From: an uncultured Bacteroidales bacterium
GTDB lineage: Bacteria; Bacteroidota; Bacteroidia; Bacteroidales; VadinHA17
NCBI GenBank assembly: GCA_942492865.1
Contig: OW818650.1
Span: 4,029,425-4,093,424 of the forward strand
Length of the DNA: 64,000 nucleotides
Direction of reading: 5' to 3'
This document shows, in pieces, positions 55,141 to 64,000 of the stretch; position 1 is the stretch's first letter, and each line of letters opens with the position of its first letter. A program made the position numbers and the translations under genes. The notes below the pieces were generated by a model. It saw nothing but the letters and a program-made list of their open reading frames with translations. It was not told where the DNA came from and ran no database searches.

Positions 55141-55250
55141 AGAGATTGCGGACAAGAGATCCCTTGCTTCGCTTTGATTACCTTTCAAAACGACTTTTAT
55201 ATAACCGGTAAAAGTGATTATGAGATCCCTTGCTTCGCTGCGGGATGACA
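55141..55250. repeat. Direct repeat GAGATCCCTTGCTTCGCT x2 (period 66) ending in CGGGATGACAG
   Basis: Copies lie at 55156-55173 and 55222-55239. The second continues as GCGGGATGACAGTCGC. This resembles the common Bacteroidota intergenic motif of the AGATTGCTTCGTC...CTCGCAATGACA type. Confidence 0.7.
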
Positions 55251-55270
55251 GTCGCTTTTGGGAAGACTGT

Positions 55271-55314
55271 GGGAAAGAAGCGGCGCGGTTTTGCAAACGC
55301 GCCGCTTCTTTCCC
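55271..55314. other. 17-bp perfect GC-rich hairpin between convergent genes
   Basis: GGGAAAGAAGCGGCGCG-gttttgcaaa-CGCGCCGCTTCTTTCCC. There is no U-tract on either strand. Confidence 0.8.
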
Positions 55315-55325
55315 ACCCAACTCTT

Positions 55326-56174
55326 CTATTTCAGTATTTCGCTTGTATATTTATCTGCAATATCAGCCTGGTCCTTTGCCAGACCCGAAATAAGAACAAG
55401 GATATTTTCTTTAAAGGCAAGGAATATTGTGCCGTTATAACCGTCATTTAACAGGTATTTTCCACTTTCTGAGCCTGAAAATTCCATTCCGGCAGCTTTC
55501 AGATAAGTTCCGACTGTACTCGTTACCTCTCCGGGAGTATTGAAGTTAAAGATGAATACCGAGAATTTACCGCTTACCAGTTCATATTCAGCTTTAAATG
55601 CTTTATTGAGAAAGCTATGGCCAAGAACACTTTCGTTAATATAACTCTCGGCGTTCTTTTTCAGCCCCTCACCAGGGAACAAGGTTAGCGGCCGGGGCAT
55701 CTCCGTTTCACCCGCAAGCATATCGGATACTTTCTGAGCAAGCGAGCTGGCAGCCTGAAGAGTCTTTTCCTTCTTGGAATATGTCCTTATTTTAACATAA
55801 TAATTCCCCTTAAAAAAATTGATTGCCCCATCGGCAACATAACCCTGGGCCCCGAGATTCATGAACCTGAAGGAGGGTGAACGCTCGGAAGCGTATATTC
55901 CAAAAGCATTGGTATGATTATCGTGCCTGTAGATCTCGAGTTTGATTTCCTCTTTACCTTTTTTATATTCGGTAACATGGAGATCAATGAAGCCAAGCGC
56001 CAGATAAGCATCTGCTGCTCCGTTTATGAAGTCCCAAAGGTTTTCAGGTCCGAAAACCGGATAGTCAGATTTTTGCTTAAAGCCGGAAAGTTGCGGCATC
56101 GTCAGTTCCTGTGCTGAAGCAGGAGCTAAAAAAAAGCAAAATAAAATTATTGAAATAAAAATACCGTTTCTCAT
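55326..56174 (-). CDS. Secreted protein of unknown function
   Basis: The ATG at 56174 gives MRNGIFISIILFCFFLAPASAQ (signal peptide). The start listed in the ORF track, at 56228, is a TTG. It is the last gene of the MBL/AKR operon. Confidence 0.5.
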   Translation of the reverse strand: MRNGIFISIILFCFFLAPASAQELTMPQLSGFKQKSDYPVFGPENLWDFINGAADAYLALGFIDLHVTEYKKGKEEIKLEIYRHDNHTNAFGIYASERSPSFRFMNLGAQGYVADGAINFFKGNYYVKIRTYSKKEKTLQAASSLAQKVSDMLAGETEMPRPLTLFPGEGLKKNAESYINESVLGHSFLNKAFKAEYELVSGKFSVFIFNFNTPGEVTSTVGTYLKAAGMEFSGSESGKYLLNDGYNGTIFLAFKENILVLISGLAKDQADIADKYTSEILK

Positions 56175-56253
56175 TTTAATATGGGCATTAATTACCCCGG
56201 TTCTAAGGCCGGGGTATTCACTAAACAATGATCCTTGTTATAAATCTTTGATC

Positions 56254-57444
56254 TCAGGCGAGAAAATCTGCAGGAACATTTGAAATTCTTGAAATATCTG
56301 CAATTTTCTCTCTTATATTGAAATTCATTGTACAATTGACCTGGCAATCAGTACAGTCGCCGCAGGGATTATTACCAACAGCGAGGTCGCCAAGAAGAGT
56401 GTAAGCCATCTTCGGACTTGAATATCCATAAGCATACATATAGGCTCTCATGATATCAGGAACCGGTAGGCCCTTTGGGCATACTTCAAGACATTTTGAA
56501 CATCCGGTGCAATACAGACCTGTTTCAGTGCGGGCAATCATCAGATCTTTCTTTTCAGTATCGGTAAGCGAAAGGTCAGACATTAGTTTAATGTTGAGGT
56601 CAAGATGTTCAAATTCTGTCATGCCCGGAATAGCTGTGGCAATATCAGGATTTGAAAGAGCCCATTTTAATGCAGCAGTTGTATTAATAGGCCTGGTTTT
56701 TTCCTTGTCGAGGAAGCCACCACCGGCAAGAGTTTTCATGGCAACAATGCCAATACCAGCTTTGGCAGCTTTCTTTATAGCAGCCTGTAATTCATTTACA
56801 GAATTGTGCTTAAAGTTATAAGAGGTGAGAATAACATCCCAGGTTTTGGAATCTGCAGCCGCATCAATAACCTTTGCTTCATTTGCATGAGTTGAGAATC
56901 CGATGAATTTTATCTTCCCTTCTTTCTTAAGCTTCTTAACTGCATTCACTATCGGCTTATAATCAAGCATATCCGTATGTCGTATATCATGTACATACAG
57001 AATATCAACAAAATCCATCTTCAATCTCGAGAGGCTGGTATTAAACCTGTCAAAAAAATCATCGGCGGTGGTTTTATCGGATGGCTTCCCTTCCTTGTCC
57101 ACCCCGGCTGGCTTGACTTTCGTTGCCAGGTAGAAAGAATTCCTTGGATATTTGGCAAGTAGTTCACCCAGCATAGTTTCATTATTTCCGTTCTGATAAC
57201 CATTAGCAGTGTCAAAAAATGTTATTCCTTTTTCGTATGCTGCCTTACAGAGATTTGGATTATCAGCTCTCATAACGCCAAAGCTTATTACGGGCACTTT
57301 GATTCCTGTCCTTCCAAGTGTTCTGTAAATGATATCCTGCTGCTGCGCCGGCGCTGCTGATATCATTGAAGGTGCGAGGGAAACTATTCCGGCTGCACCG
57401 GTGATACCTGTTTTTAAAAATCCTCTTCTGTTAATACTTCTCAT
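56254..57444 (-). CDS. Tat-exported aldo/keto reductase fused to a 2x[4Fe-4S] ferredoxin-like C-terminus
   Basis: Twin-arginine signal (SINRRGFLKTG), AKR core (YRTLGRTG...FFDTANGY) and C-terminal CTGCSKCLEVCP plus CGDCTDCQVNC. Confidence 0.75.
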   Translation of the reverse strand: MRSINRRGFLKTGITGAAGIVSLAPSMISAAPAQQQDIIYRTLGRTGIKVPVISFGVMRADNPNLCKAAYEKGITFFDTANGYQNGNNETMLGELLAKYPRNSFYLATKVKPAGVDKEGKPSDKTTADDFFDRFNTSLSRLKMDFVDILYVHDIRHTDMLDYKPIVNAVKKLKKEGKIKFIGFSTHANEAKVIDAAADSKTWDVILTSYNFKHNSVNELQAAIKKAAKAGIGIVAMKTLAGGGFLDKEKTRPINTTAALKWALSNPDIATAIPGMTEFEHLDLNIKLMSDLSLTDTEKKDLMIARTETGLYCTGCSKCLEVCPKGLPVPDIMRAYMYAYGYSSPKMAYTLLGDLAVGNNPCGDCTDCQVNCTMNFNIREKIADISRISNVPADFLA

Positions 57445-57453
57445 AAATGGGGT

Positions 57454-58206
57454 TTATTTTAGGTTTCTGATCCTTATTTCAATATTTGTACCTTTCATTA
57501 ACTGCTCAAGCTCTCCGGTATTTGTTTCGCCGAAATGATAAGGGTATAAGATTTTAGGCTTAAAGGCCTTAGCCGCATCTGCCACCATTTCCGGAGTCAT
57601 CGTGTAAGGCAGGTTCATTGGCAAAAACGCAACATCGATATTTTTCAACGCTTTCATTTCAGGAGTGTTCTCGGTATCACCCGCAACATAGAATTTTTTA
57701 CCCCCGATTGTGAGAATGTAACCTAATCCGGCACCTTTAGGGTGGAAGGGTTGCCCCGGAGCCCGTTCATTAACAATGTTGTAAGCATCCACAGCCTCAA
57801 TAACAATATTATTGAACTCCTGGCGGTCGCCTGCGATCATTTTCATTGCCCAGGTCAGCTGTTTTGCCGAGTTCTCATTGCAAAAGACCAGCGTTTCCTT
57901 TTTCCTGAGTTCATTTATCAGGTTAATATCCAGATGATCGCCATGTTCATGAGTGACGAGGATCAGATTGGCTTTTGGCAGAAATCTGTAATCTCCCGAG
58001 CTGCTAACCGGATCAATATAAATAACGAAACCACTGACTTTAAACATCAGTGATCCGTGGCCGATAAAATGCAACTCGACAATACCGGCACCGGTATCTA
58101 TCTTATCATAAGTTGGTGCCTCCTGAGAGTATCCCGGAATTGACATTATTATTAGGTTTAAGGTTAGTAAAGCTTTGCTGATTGCAAGAAAATTACTTTT
58201 TCCCAT
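57454..58206 (-). CDS. Secreted MBL-fold metallo-hydrolase
   Basis: Signal peptide and the HEHGDH motif (HxHxDH). Confidence 0.7.
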   Translation of the reverse strand: MGKSNFLAISKALLTLNLIIMSIPGYSQEAPTYDKIDTGAGIVELHFIGHGSLMFKVSGFVIYIDPVSSSGDYRFLPKANLILVTHEHGDHLDINLINELRKKETLVFCNENSAKQLTWAMKMIAGDRQEFNNIVIEAVDAYNIVNERAPGQPFHPKGAGLGYILTIGGKKFYVAGDTENTPEMKALKNIDVAFLPMNLPYTMTPEMVADAAKAFKPKILYPYHFGETNTGELEQLMKGTNIEIRIRNLK

Positions 58207-58309
58207 ATCGTAAATTTTAGTGAGCGAATATACAAAAATTTACGGTATTAGCATGAGCTTCAGAGCTACTTTTTCAAGGCAACTGCTGGCAAGTCAGTAT
58301 GCTCAGGTG

Positions 58310-61300
58310 TCAGCCGGTTTTTATACCCATAACGAGGATATCATCAATCTGGTCCGTTTCACCCATCCAATCGGCGAGACTCTTCTCAAGAAGACGTTTT
58401 TGTTCCTCCATGGGATGATCCTGGATTTCAAGAAGCAATTTCTTAAAATTCTTCTTCATAAATTTTTTCCCGTTTGGTCCGCCGAACTGATCAACATACC
58501 CGTCGGAAAAGAGGTAATATGAAATGCCATTTTCGAGATTGTGTTCATTACAGGCAAATTCCTGGTTCATCTTAGGGGAAATGCCTATGGGCATTTTATC
58601 GGCATTTATAGTTTCAAGAAGGTGTTTTCCGTTTGACATTGTTCCGTTCGTATCTTCATTCATACTTCCATCATATAAGGCTATCTCATCAGATGTCATC
58701 TTTCGTACCCTGAAACAGGGATTATAAGCTCCGGAAAACTCTACTTTTCTCCTACCGAAATCAAGGACCAGCAGTGCAATATCCATACCGTCCTGGGCTT
58801 CACCCTCATTTCCAACCTGTTTCAGAGATTCAATGACATGAAGCCTGAGTTGTTTCAGAACGTCATCTGCACGCGGAGATTGATCTTTATCTATTATCTC
58901 ATCAAGGAACGACATGCCAAGCAGGCTCATAAAAGCTCCCGGTACTCCGTGTCCTGTACAATCGGCAACCACTATATAAAGGCGATCAGCTCTTCTGGTA
59001 AGCCAGTAAAAATCTCCGCTTACAATGTCGCGTGGCTTGAACAAAAGAAAATAATTATTAATCATTTCCGAAAGTATGGCTTCTGAAGGAAGCAATGCAA
59101 GTTGAATGCGGCTCGCATAATGTATGCTCGATTCAAGTTCTTCTTTTTGCTTTACAACCACCGCGGTCCGTTCACGCACAATGCCTTCAAGCCTTATATT
59201 CTCGTTCCTAAGCCTTCTTGTATATTCCTTAATTACAAGGTATATTATCATAAAAGCAATCAGGATGAACATCATTATTGCCGCTGCAGTAGCATACCAT
59301 GCCTTCTTTATGATGAATTCGTAATTCAGAATATTTCCACCAAGACCTGAAAGTGTCCTGGTCCTTACTCTGAATACATATCTTCCATGAGGCAGATTTG
59401 TATAAGTTTGTTTGAAATACCGGCCTGAAGATGTTCCCTCCCATGGCGACCATTCCTCGTCAAAGCCCTCAAGCTTATGGCTGTACTCCGTTGACAGTTC
59501 TTCAATATAATCTGTAGTGGTCCACTCAAAAGCTATATTATTGAAATCATACCTGAACTGGGGAATAAAAGATGAAATGACAGCCAGTACAGGTTCCCGC
59601 CTGTTCTGATTTACTTTCCTGAAGAAAGAACCTGTCATTACAGCTGAATCCTGACCAATGGTAATCGAAGTAAACAGGGTATTGACAAGAGCCGAATCGG
59701 TCACAAGTTTTGATTTTTCAATCACATAAATACTTTTGGATTTAAGAATGTAAACTCTTTCATTATAATAACTCATATCCACCAGGGGAGCTTCCGGCAG
59801 GAGTCTGAGAATTCCCTCAAAAATTGTAGTATCTCCATCCTCAATCCTTATAAGAGATTCGAATGTTTTTTTATCATCCCCGCTGTACCACAAATCACCC
59901 TCATCGTCCCGGTAGAGGCTACGGCTGTTCTTTCCATTTGAATAGAGGCCCAAGACTGTTTTATCATTTAAAAAAATATCATTGTCTTTATCATATTTAA
60001 AGATCCCGTTGCCGGTACAGACGAACAGATCATCACCAATCAGTCCGATTGAATTAAGATCAATATCAGGTAAACCTTTATCTGATCCGTATTTCACCAG
60101 GCTAGTGTCATTAGCTGAAAAGACTATATTGTACAGCACAGAAGGATCATCAGTAAGAACCCACAATTCACCGCTCTTTTCCTCGACAATACCTGAAATA
60201 CTTCCCGGAACAATCCTGATCCGTCCTTTAAAGGTCCAGCGTGCGCCATCATAATTCAGTATTATTAATCGTTCAAATAAACCAAGGTAGATGGTACCCG
60301 GGTTAAGTGCAGATTGCAGTATTTCCCGTACATTCATCCCCCTCTTCTCCTCTGCAGGAAGGTTCCTGCACACGGATTCAATCCTTGTAACAATATCATT
60401 TCCGGATATCTGAAGCAGTCCGTCTAATGATCCGGCCAGTATAAAATCTTCCTGTTCTGATTTGATGACCTCAAGCGGAAAAACCTGTGCATTGACCCCT
60501 TTTATTTTATTGAATGAGATATTGTTGCTGTCATTAACGGAACTTTTAAAAATGCCTTCATCGGAAGAGAGGTAGAAGTTATTCCTGAACCTTGAGATTT
60601 CATTTATGCCTGATAGTATTCCCTGCTTTTCAGAAAATTGCGTTACAGGAATATTAAAATACAATTTGCTTATTACACCGAAGGTCGATAACCACAATTC
60701 TGACCCTTTTACGTCATCGCAGTACACCGCCATCATCTGGTTATCTGCAAGATCAGAGTTGCCTGCATTTATCTGCTGGATCAACTGGCCCGTCCTTTTG
60801 AACACAAGTAATCCTTCAGTATTTGTTGTTCCAATTGCAAATACATCCCTGTTCAGCCAGGTACCTGAATATACATTAACAGTCATCAGCTTTTCATTAA
60901 GCTGGCTATCAATGAAATTGCTGTTAATTGCACCTGTCTTATAGTTGTAGAGGAAAATACCTTCCCTGTAAGTGCCTATCAGGATCTGATCATCATCAAA
61001 CGGCAACAGAACCGTGCAAAACTTACCTCTGAAAAAATCGCCGCCCGGTAATTCCGACACACTCTTTCCATCAAACTCAAAAATCCCGTTCAGATTGTCG
61101 GTAAGTATCATGAGTCCATTTATTACCACCAGCCTGAATGCAACACCTATATTTTGAACGCTCAGATCAACCTCTGAGAGTGAATCGGTACCGACATCAT
61201 ATATATAAACGAATTTAGGACCGAGATAATAAACCTTACCCTTATGGATGGCAATTGTATATATATTCTTGATAACCGGCATTGAATCAACTCTCTCTGA

Positions 61301-61696
61301 AAGAGATACATACACCTGAACTCCCCTCTCATCGGGTTGTATATATCCGAACTCAAATGCGGCTCCTACATATACAATCCCTGTTGAATCAGCAGCAAGA
61401 GAATAGATCCTTGGGTTTTTACCGACATTGATATGGGTCCACCTGGTACCGTCATATCTCATAACTCCCTTATCCTGAGTTCCGAAGTAAATATGTCCGA
61501 AATAGTCCTTTGTGATGCACCAGTTTTGTTCAGAACCCTGCGTTACCTGGATGCCGTAATTCCTTATTAACGGGAGGCCGTACTCATTTATCTGGCCGCT
61601 GAGGACTATCCCAAAGAGCATTATGGCAAATGATATTGAAATTCTCTTCATAAACATTTGATCATCCGGAAGTACGAAACTAAGTAATTTATTCAT
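58310..61696 (-). CDS. Transmembrane sensor phosphatase: periplasmic two-component-regulator beta-propeller repeats + Y_Y_Y domain, TM helix, coiled coil, cytoplasmic PP2C/SpoIIE (RsbU-like) phosphatase
   Basis: An N-terminal anchor is followed by about 700 aa of propeller-type repeats and then YSHKLEGFDEEWSPW...GRYVFRVR (Y_Y_Y). After the TM helix (AAAIMMFILIAFMIIYLVI) come SGDFYW, ADCTGHGVPGA, DGMD and DDILVMG (SpoIIE). Confidence 0.8.
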   Translation of the reverse strand: MNKLLSFVLPDDQMFMKRISISFAIMLFGIVLSGQINEYGLPLIRNYGIQVTQGSEQNWCITKDYFGHIYFGTQDKGVMRYDGTRWTHINVGKNPRIYSLAADSTGIVYVGAAFEFGYIQPDERGVQVYVSLSERVDSMPVIKNIYTIAIHKGKVYYLGPKFVYIYDVGTDSLSEVDLSVQNIGVAFRLVVINGLMILTDNLNGIFEFDGKSVSELPGGDFFRGKFCTVLLPFDDDQILIGTYREGIFLYNYKTGAINSNFIDSQLNEKLMTVNVYSGTWLNRDVFAIGTTNTEGLLVFKRTGQLIQQINAGNSDLADNQMMAVYCDDVKGSELWLSTFGVISKLYFNIPVTQFSEKQGILSGINEISRFRNNFYLSSDEGIFKSSVNDSNNISFNKIKGVNAQVFPLEVIKSEQEDFILAGSLDGLLQISGNDIVTRIESVCRNLPAEEKRGMNVREILQSALNPGTIYLGLFERLIILNYDGARWTFKGRIRIVPGSISGIVEEKSGELWVLTDDPSVLYNIVFSANDTSLVKYGSDKGLPDIDLNSIGLIGDDLFVCTGNGIFKYDKDNDIFLNDKTVLGLYSNGKNSRSLYRDDEGDLWYSGDDKKTFESLIRIEDGDTTIFEGILRLLPEAPLVDMSYYNERVYILKSKSIYVIEKSKLVTDSALVNTLFTSITIGQDSAVMTGSFFRKVNQNRREPVLAVISSFIPQFRYDFNNIAFEWTTTDYIEELSTEYSHKLEGFDEEWSPWEGTSSGRYFKQTYTNLPHGRYVFRVRTRTLSGLGGNILNYEFIIKKAWYATAAAIMMFILIAFMIIYLVIKEYTRRLRNENIRLEGIVRERTAVVVKQKEELESSIHYASRIQLALLPSEAILSEMINNYFLLFKPRDIVSGDFYWLTRRADRLYIVVADCTGHGVPGAFMSLLGMSFLDEIIDKDQSPRADDVLKQLRLHVIESLKQVGNEGEAQDGMDIALLVLDFGRRKVEFSGAYNPCFRVRKMTSDEIALYDGSMNEDTNGTMSNGKHLLETINADKMPIGISPKMNQEFACNEHNLENGISYYLFSDGYVDQFGGPNGKKFMKKNFKKLLLEIQDHPMEEQKRLLEKSLADWMGETDQIDDILVMGIKTG

Positions 61697-61780
61697 TTTT
61701 TTTAACCTTCAAATCTAATATCTGTTGAATTTTTAATAACTTTCCAAATTAGAATTCAGGATGGTGTTAATTAATTAACA

Positions 61781-64000
61781 ATGATGCGTTTAGGGAAAGG
61801 TAAACAGCTAAAAATATTAACATTTTTTCTGCTATTATCTGCATCAGGAACAGCAGTCGGACAGCCGGGAAAAATTTTAAAGTACCGCCTCAGTGATGAT
61901 GCTCAACCCCTCAGTGTAAGAAACAATGAAGGCTCACTCGTCATAAACTACTCATTATCAGAGGCTGGCATCGAAGCTGTCTTCAACGAGCATGGCGCTT
62001 TCTACAGAATTACTATACCTGAGCACTCATCTACGAAAGAAACAGGCAAACCTGAGTTACCTGTGTTCAGCAGGTTGATAAACATTCCTGAAAATTTTTC
62101 TTACCGTGTCAGAATATCTGAGGTCAGATCAACCAGGATAAAACCTTCATCAGACAACATCAGCGGGGTTTTGTTTCCAGCACAGGAAAGTGAAACCAAA
62201 ATTCCCCAACAGAAAAAGCCTTTTGTTATTGACAAAGCAGTTTATAAAAAAAGAGGGTTTCTGTTATCCGACACTGTCAGTATAAGACCGGTTGGAAAAT
62301 TAAGGAATTTCAACCTTGCCAACCTGGCAATTTCTCCAGCCAGATATAACCCCGGCACTAACTTATTGGAGATAATTACCTCAATGCGGATAGAGATCAT
62401 ATTTGACGGGCAACAGAATTTTACTTCAAAATCATTATACCCTGAATCACAGCTTTTCATTGAACCATTAAGCAAGAGTCTGCTCAATTTCGACAACAGC
62501 GATCTGATAACTGGCTATTCCGACAAACCTGTGAGAATGCTTATCGTAACCGACACCTCCTTCCTTAAAGACCTTCAGCCACTTATAAGGTGGAAAACGC
62601 AAAAAGGATACAGGGTTGAAGTTCTCACAATGGGGGCCAATTCTGCCGGAACCACTTATACGCAGGTAAAAAATACCCTTACAGGTATCTATAATGAATC
62701 AACTGAGAGCAATCCGCCACCCGAATTCCTGCTTATAGTAGGAGATGTGAGCAAGGTACCTCCATATAACGAAGGCACTTCAAGTGTGACAGACATGTAT
62801 TATGGCGAATTTACAGGTAACGGAGATTACATACCTGAAATGTATGTCGGAAGGATCCCTGTTTCAAAAAAGTCGCAGCTCAAAAGTGTAGTCAAAAAGA
62901 TCATCCAGTACGAAAAGGTTGAATTTGCCGATACAAACAAATTCTACTCACGAGCACTTGCAACAGCCGGTTATGATGATAATCACGCAAACTACATGAA
63001 TGGCCAGGTAAGATATGCCGTGGAAAATTATCTTAACCCGGCCAATAAGATAACAGCCAAATATTTCTATGATAATAACTATCTGACCGGTAATGAATTT
63101 CTGAACGCAAGGCTGGCTGCAAGAAAAGATTCCATAATCAATATAATAAATAAGGGAACGGGCTTTATTACATATTCCGGACACGGGGATGATTACGGAT
63201 GGCTCAATTTATCGATCAATACTGGTGATTCTTTAAAGTTCATTAATACAAATATGTATCCTTTTATCATCAGTAATGCCTGCCGGACAGCCCGGTTTAC
63301 TTTAAATAATTCTTTCGGGAACTGGAATGTTGTTGCTGCAGACAAAGGTGCAATAGGATTTATAGGATGTTCGCGCGATTCATACTGGGATGAAGATTAT
63401 TACTGGTCGGTCGGACTTGGATCCATTTCGGCTTTTCCAACTTATGCAACTACAGGTCTTGGCGCATACGACAGGCTATTCCATACACATAATGAGCTTC
63501 CTTCACAGTGGTTCACGGCAATGGGACAAATAATGTATGCAGGTAACCTTGCTGTAAGCGCCAGTACATCATCGTATAAAAAATATTATTGGGAGTCATA
63601 TAATCTTGTTGGAGATCCCAGCATCATTCCTGTTATCGGAACACCTTCCGGATTCAGCTTTTCATTGCCCGATACACTTCCCAACGGAATGACATCCCTC
63701 TCTCTTGCCGTTGAGCCTTTTGCTTATGTTGCAGTATCTCATTCTGACACACTGTGGGACGCTTCCTTTGCAAATCAGCAGGGATCAGTAATACTTACCA
63801 TGCCCGGACTTGCAAATGATTCCTGCCTGATCGTTGTAACGGCACAGAACAGGATCCCTCTAATAAAGACTGTCTATTTCTCGGAAGTAAGCAGTAAATT
63901 TCTCAACATCAAAGCAACTTCTGTAAATGACAGCGCAGGTAACAATGACAGCAGGGCAGATTACGGAGAGACGTTCTACCTGGCTTTCACACTGAGCAAC
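61781..64000 (+). CDS. C25 (gingipain-family) cysteine peptidase, possibly PorU-like; 3' end beyond the window
   Basis: Manual translation from the ATG at 61781 stays open to 64000 (740 codons). It has a signal peptide, a propeptide-like N-terminus, LIVGDV...DMYYGEF, YSGHGD, ISNACRTARF and YNLVGDPS (C25 His/Cys motifs). It is absent from the ORF track because it is truncated. Confidence 0.75.
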   Translation, partial: MMRLGKGKQLKILTFFLLLSASGTAVGQPGKILKYRLSDDAQPLSVRNNEGSLVINYSLSEAGIEAVFNEHGAFYRITIPEHSSTKETGKPELPVFSRLINIPENFSYRVRISEVRSTRIKPSSDNISGVLFPAQESETKIPQQKKPFVIDKAVYKKRGFLLSDTVSIRPVGKLRNFNLANLAISPARYNPGTNLLEIITSMRIEIIFDGQQNFTSKSLYPESQLFIEPLSKSLLNFDNSDLITGYSDKPVRMLIVTDTSFLKDLQPLIRWKTQKGYRVEVLTMGANSAGTTYTQVKNTLTGIYNESTESNPPPEFLLIVGDVSKVPPYNEGTSSVTDMYYGEFTGNGDYIPEMYVGRIPVSKKSQLKSVVKKIIQYEKVEFADTNKFYSRALATAGYDDNHANYMNGQVRYAVENYLNPANKITAKYFYDNNYLTGNEFLNARLAARKDSIINIINKGTGFITYSGHGDDYGWLNLSINTGDSLKFINTNMYPFIISNACRTARFTLNNSFGNWNVVAADKGAIGFIGCSRDSYWDEDYYWSVGLGSISAFPTYATTGLGAYDRLFHTHNELPSQWFTAMGQIMYAGNLAVSASTSSYKKYYWESYNLVGDPSIIPVIGTPSGFSFSLPDTLPNGMTSLSLAVEPFAYVAVSHSDTLWDASFANQQGSVILTMPGLANDSCLIVVTAQNRIPLIKTVYFSEVSSKFLNIKATSVNDSAGNNDSRADYGETFYLAFTLSN

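Noticed and set aside
55271-55314. Classical bidirectional intrinsic terminator
   Set aside because: The stem is very strong, but neither strand has the U-tract seen at the other terminators in this window (14662-14697, 22573-22599, 29315-29352). I therefore kept it as an unexplained hairpin rather than annotating it as a terminator.

Overview
The window looks like a chromosomal segment of a Bacteroidota (Bacteroidales-like) genome. Support: TAnnTTTG -7 promoter boxes upstream of several genes, a DPS-like ferritin, a C25 (gingipain-family) peptidase, a beta-propeller/Y_Y_Y sensor, and leader regions without obvious Shine-Dalgarno sites. Positions 1-14600 form one minus-strand surface-polysaccharide locus: wecB, a WbpP-like epimerase, a CapD-like dehydratase, a nucleotidyltransferase+GHMP-kinase fusion, gmd, fcl, four GT2 genes, a Gfo/Idh/MocA oxidoreductase, wzx and a wzy-like gene. 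The rest is mostly housekeeping or accessory metabolism. It includes rny, zapA, rplS, tRNA-Arg(ACG), an AsmA-like protein, two thioredoxins plus DPSL, a SIS/MFS/anomeric-kinase operon, an acyl-CoA carboxylase operon, pepD, nnr, a POT transporter and thrA-thrC-thrH. It also has a NapC-like heptahaem cytochrome, an exported MBL/AKR-FeS/unknown operon, a 1128-aa propeller-sensor PP2C phosphatase and a C25 peptidase that runs off the 3' edge. I saw no rRNA, CRISPR array, transposase, integrase or recognisable defence genes. I could not identify a clear-cut new multi-gene system. The most unusual signals are: (i) a dispersed family of heptamer-phased tandem arrays and GC-rich hairpin elements at about ten gene boundaries, with related sequence apparently inserted in frame in fcl and supplying the C-terminus of the CapD-like gene; (ii) a roughly 200-nt rod-like RNA candidate (6S-like) between zapA and rny; (iii) a non-canonical sugar kinase/nucleotidyltransferase fusion next to gmd/fcl; (iv) the periplasmic redox gene neighbourhood at 53.5-58.2 kb. 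All functional calls come from reading the translated ORFs and from remembered family motifs. No database search was possible.
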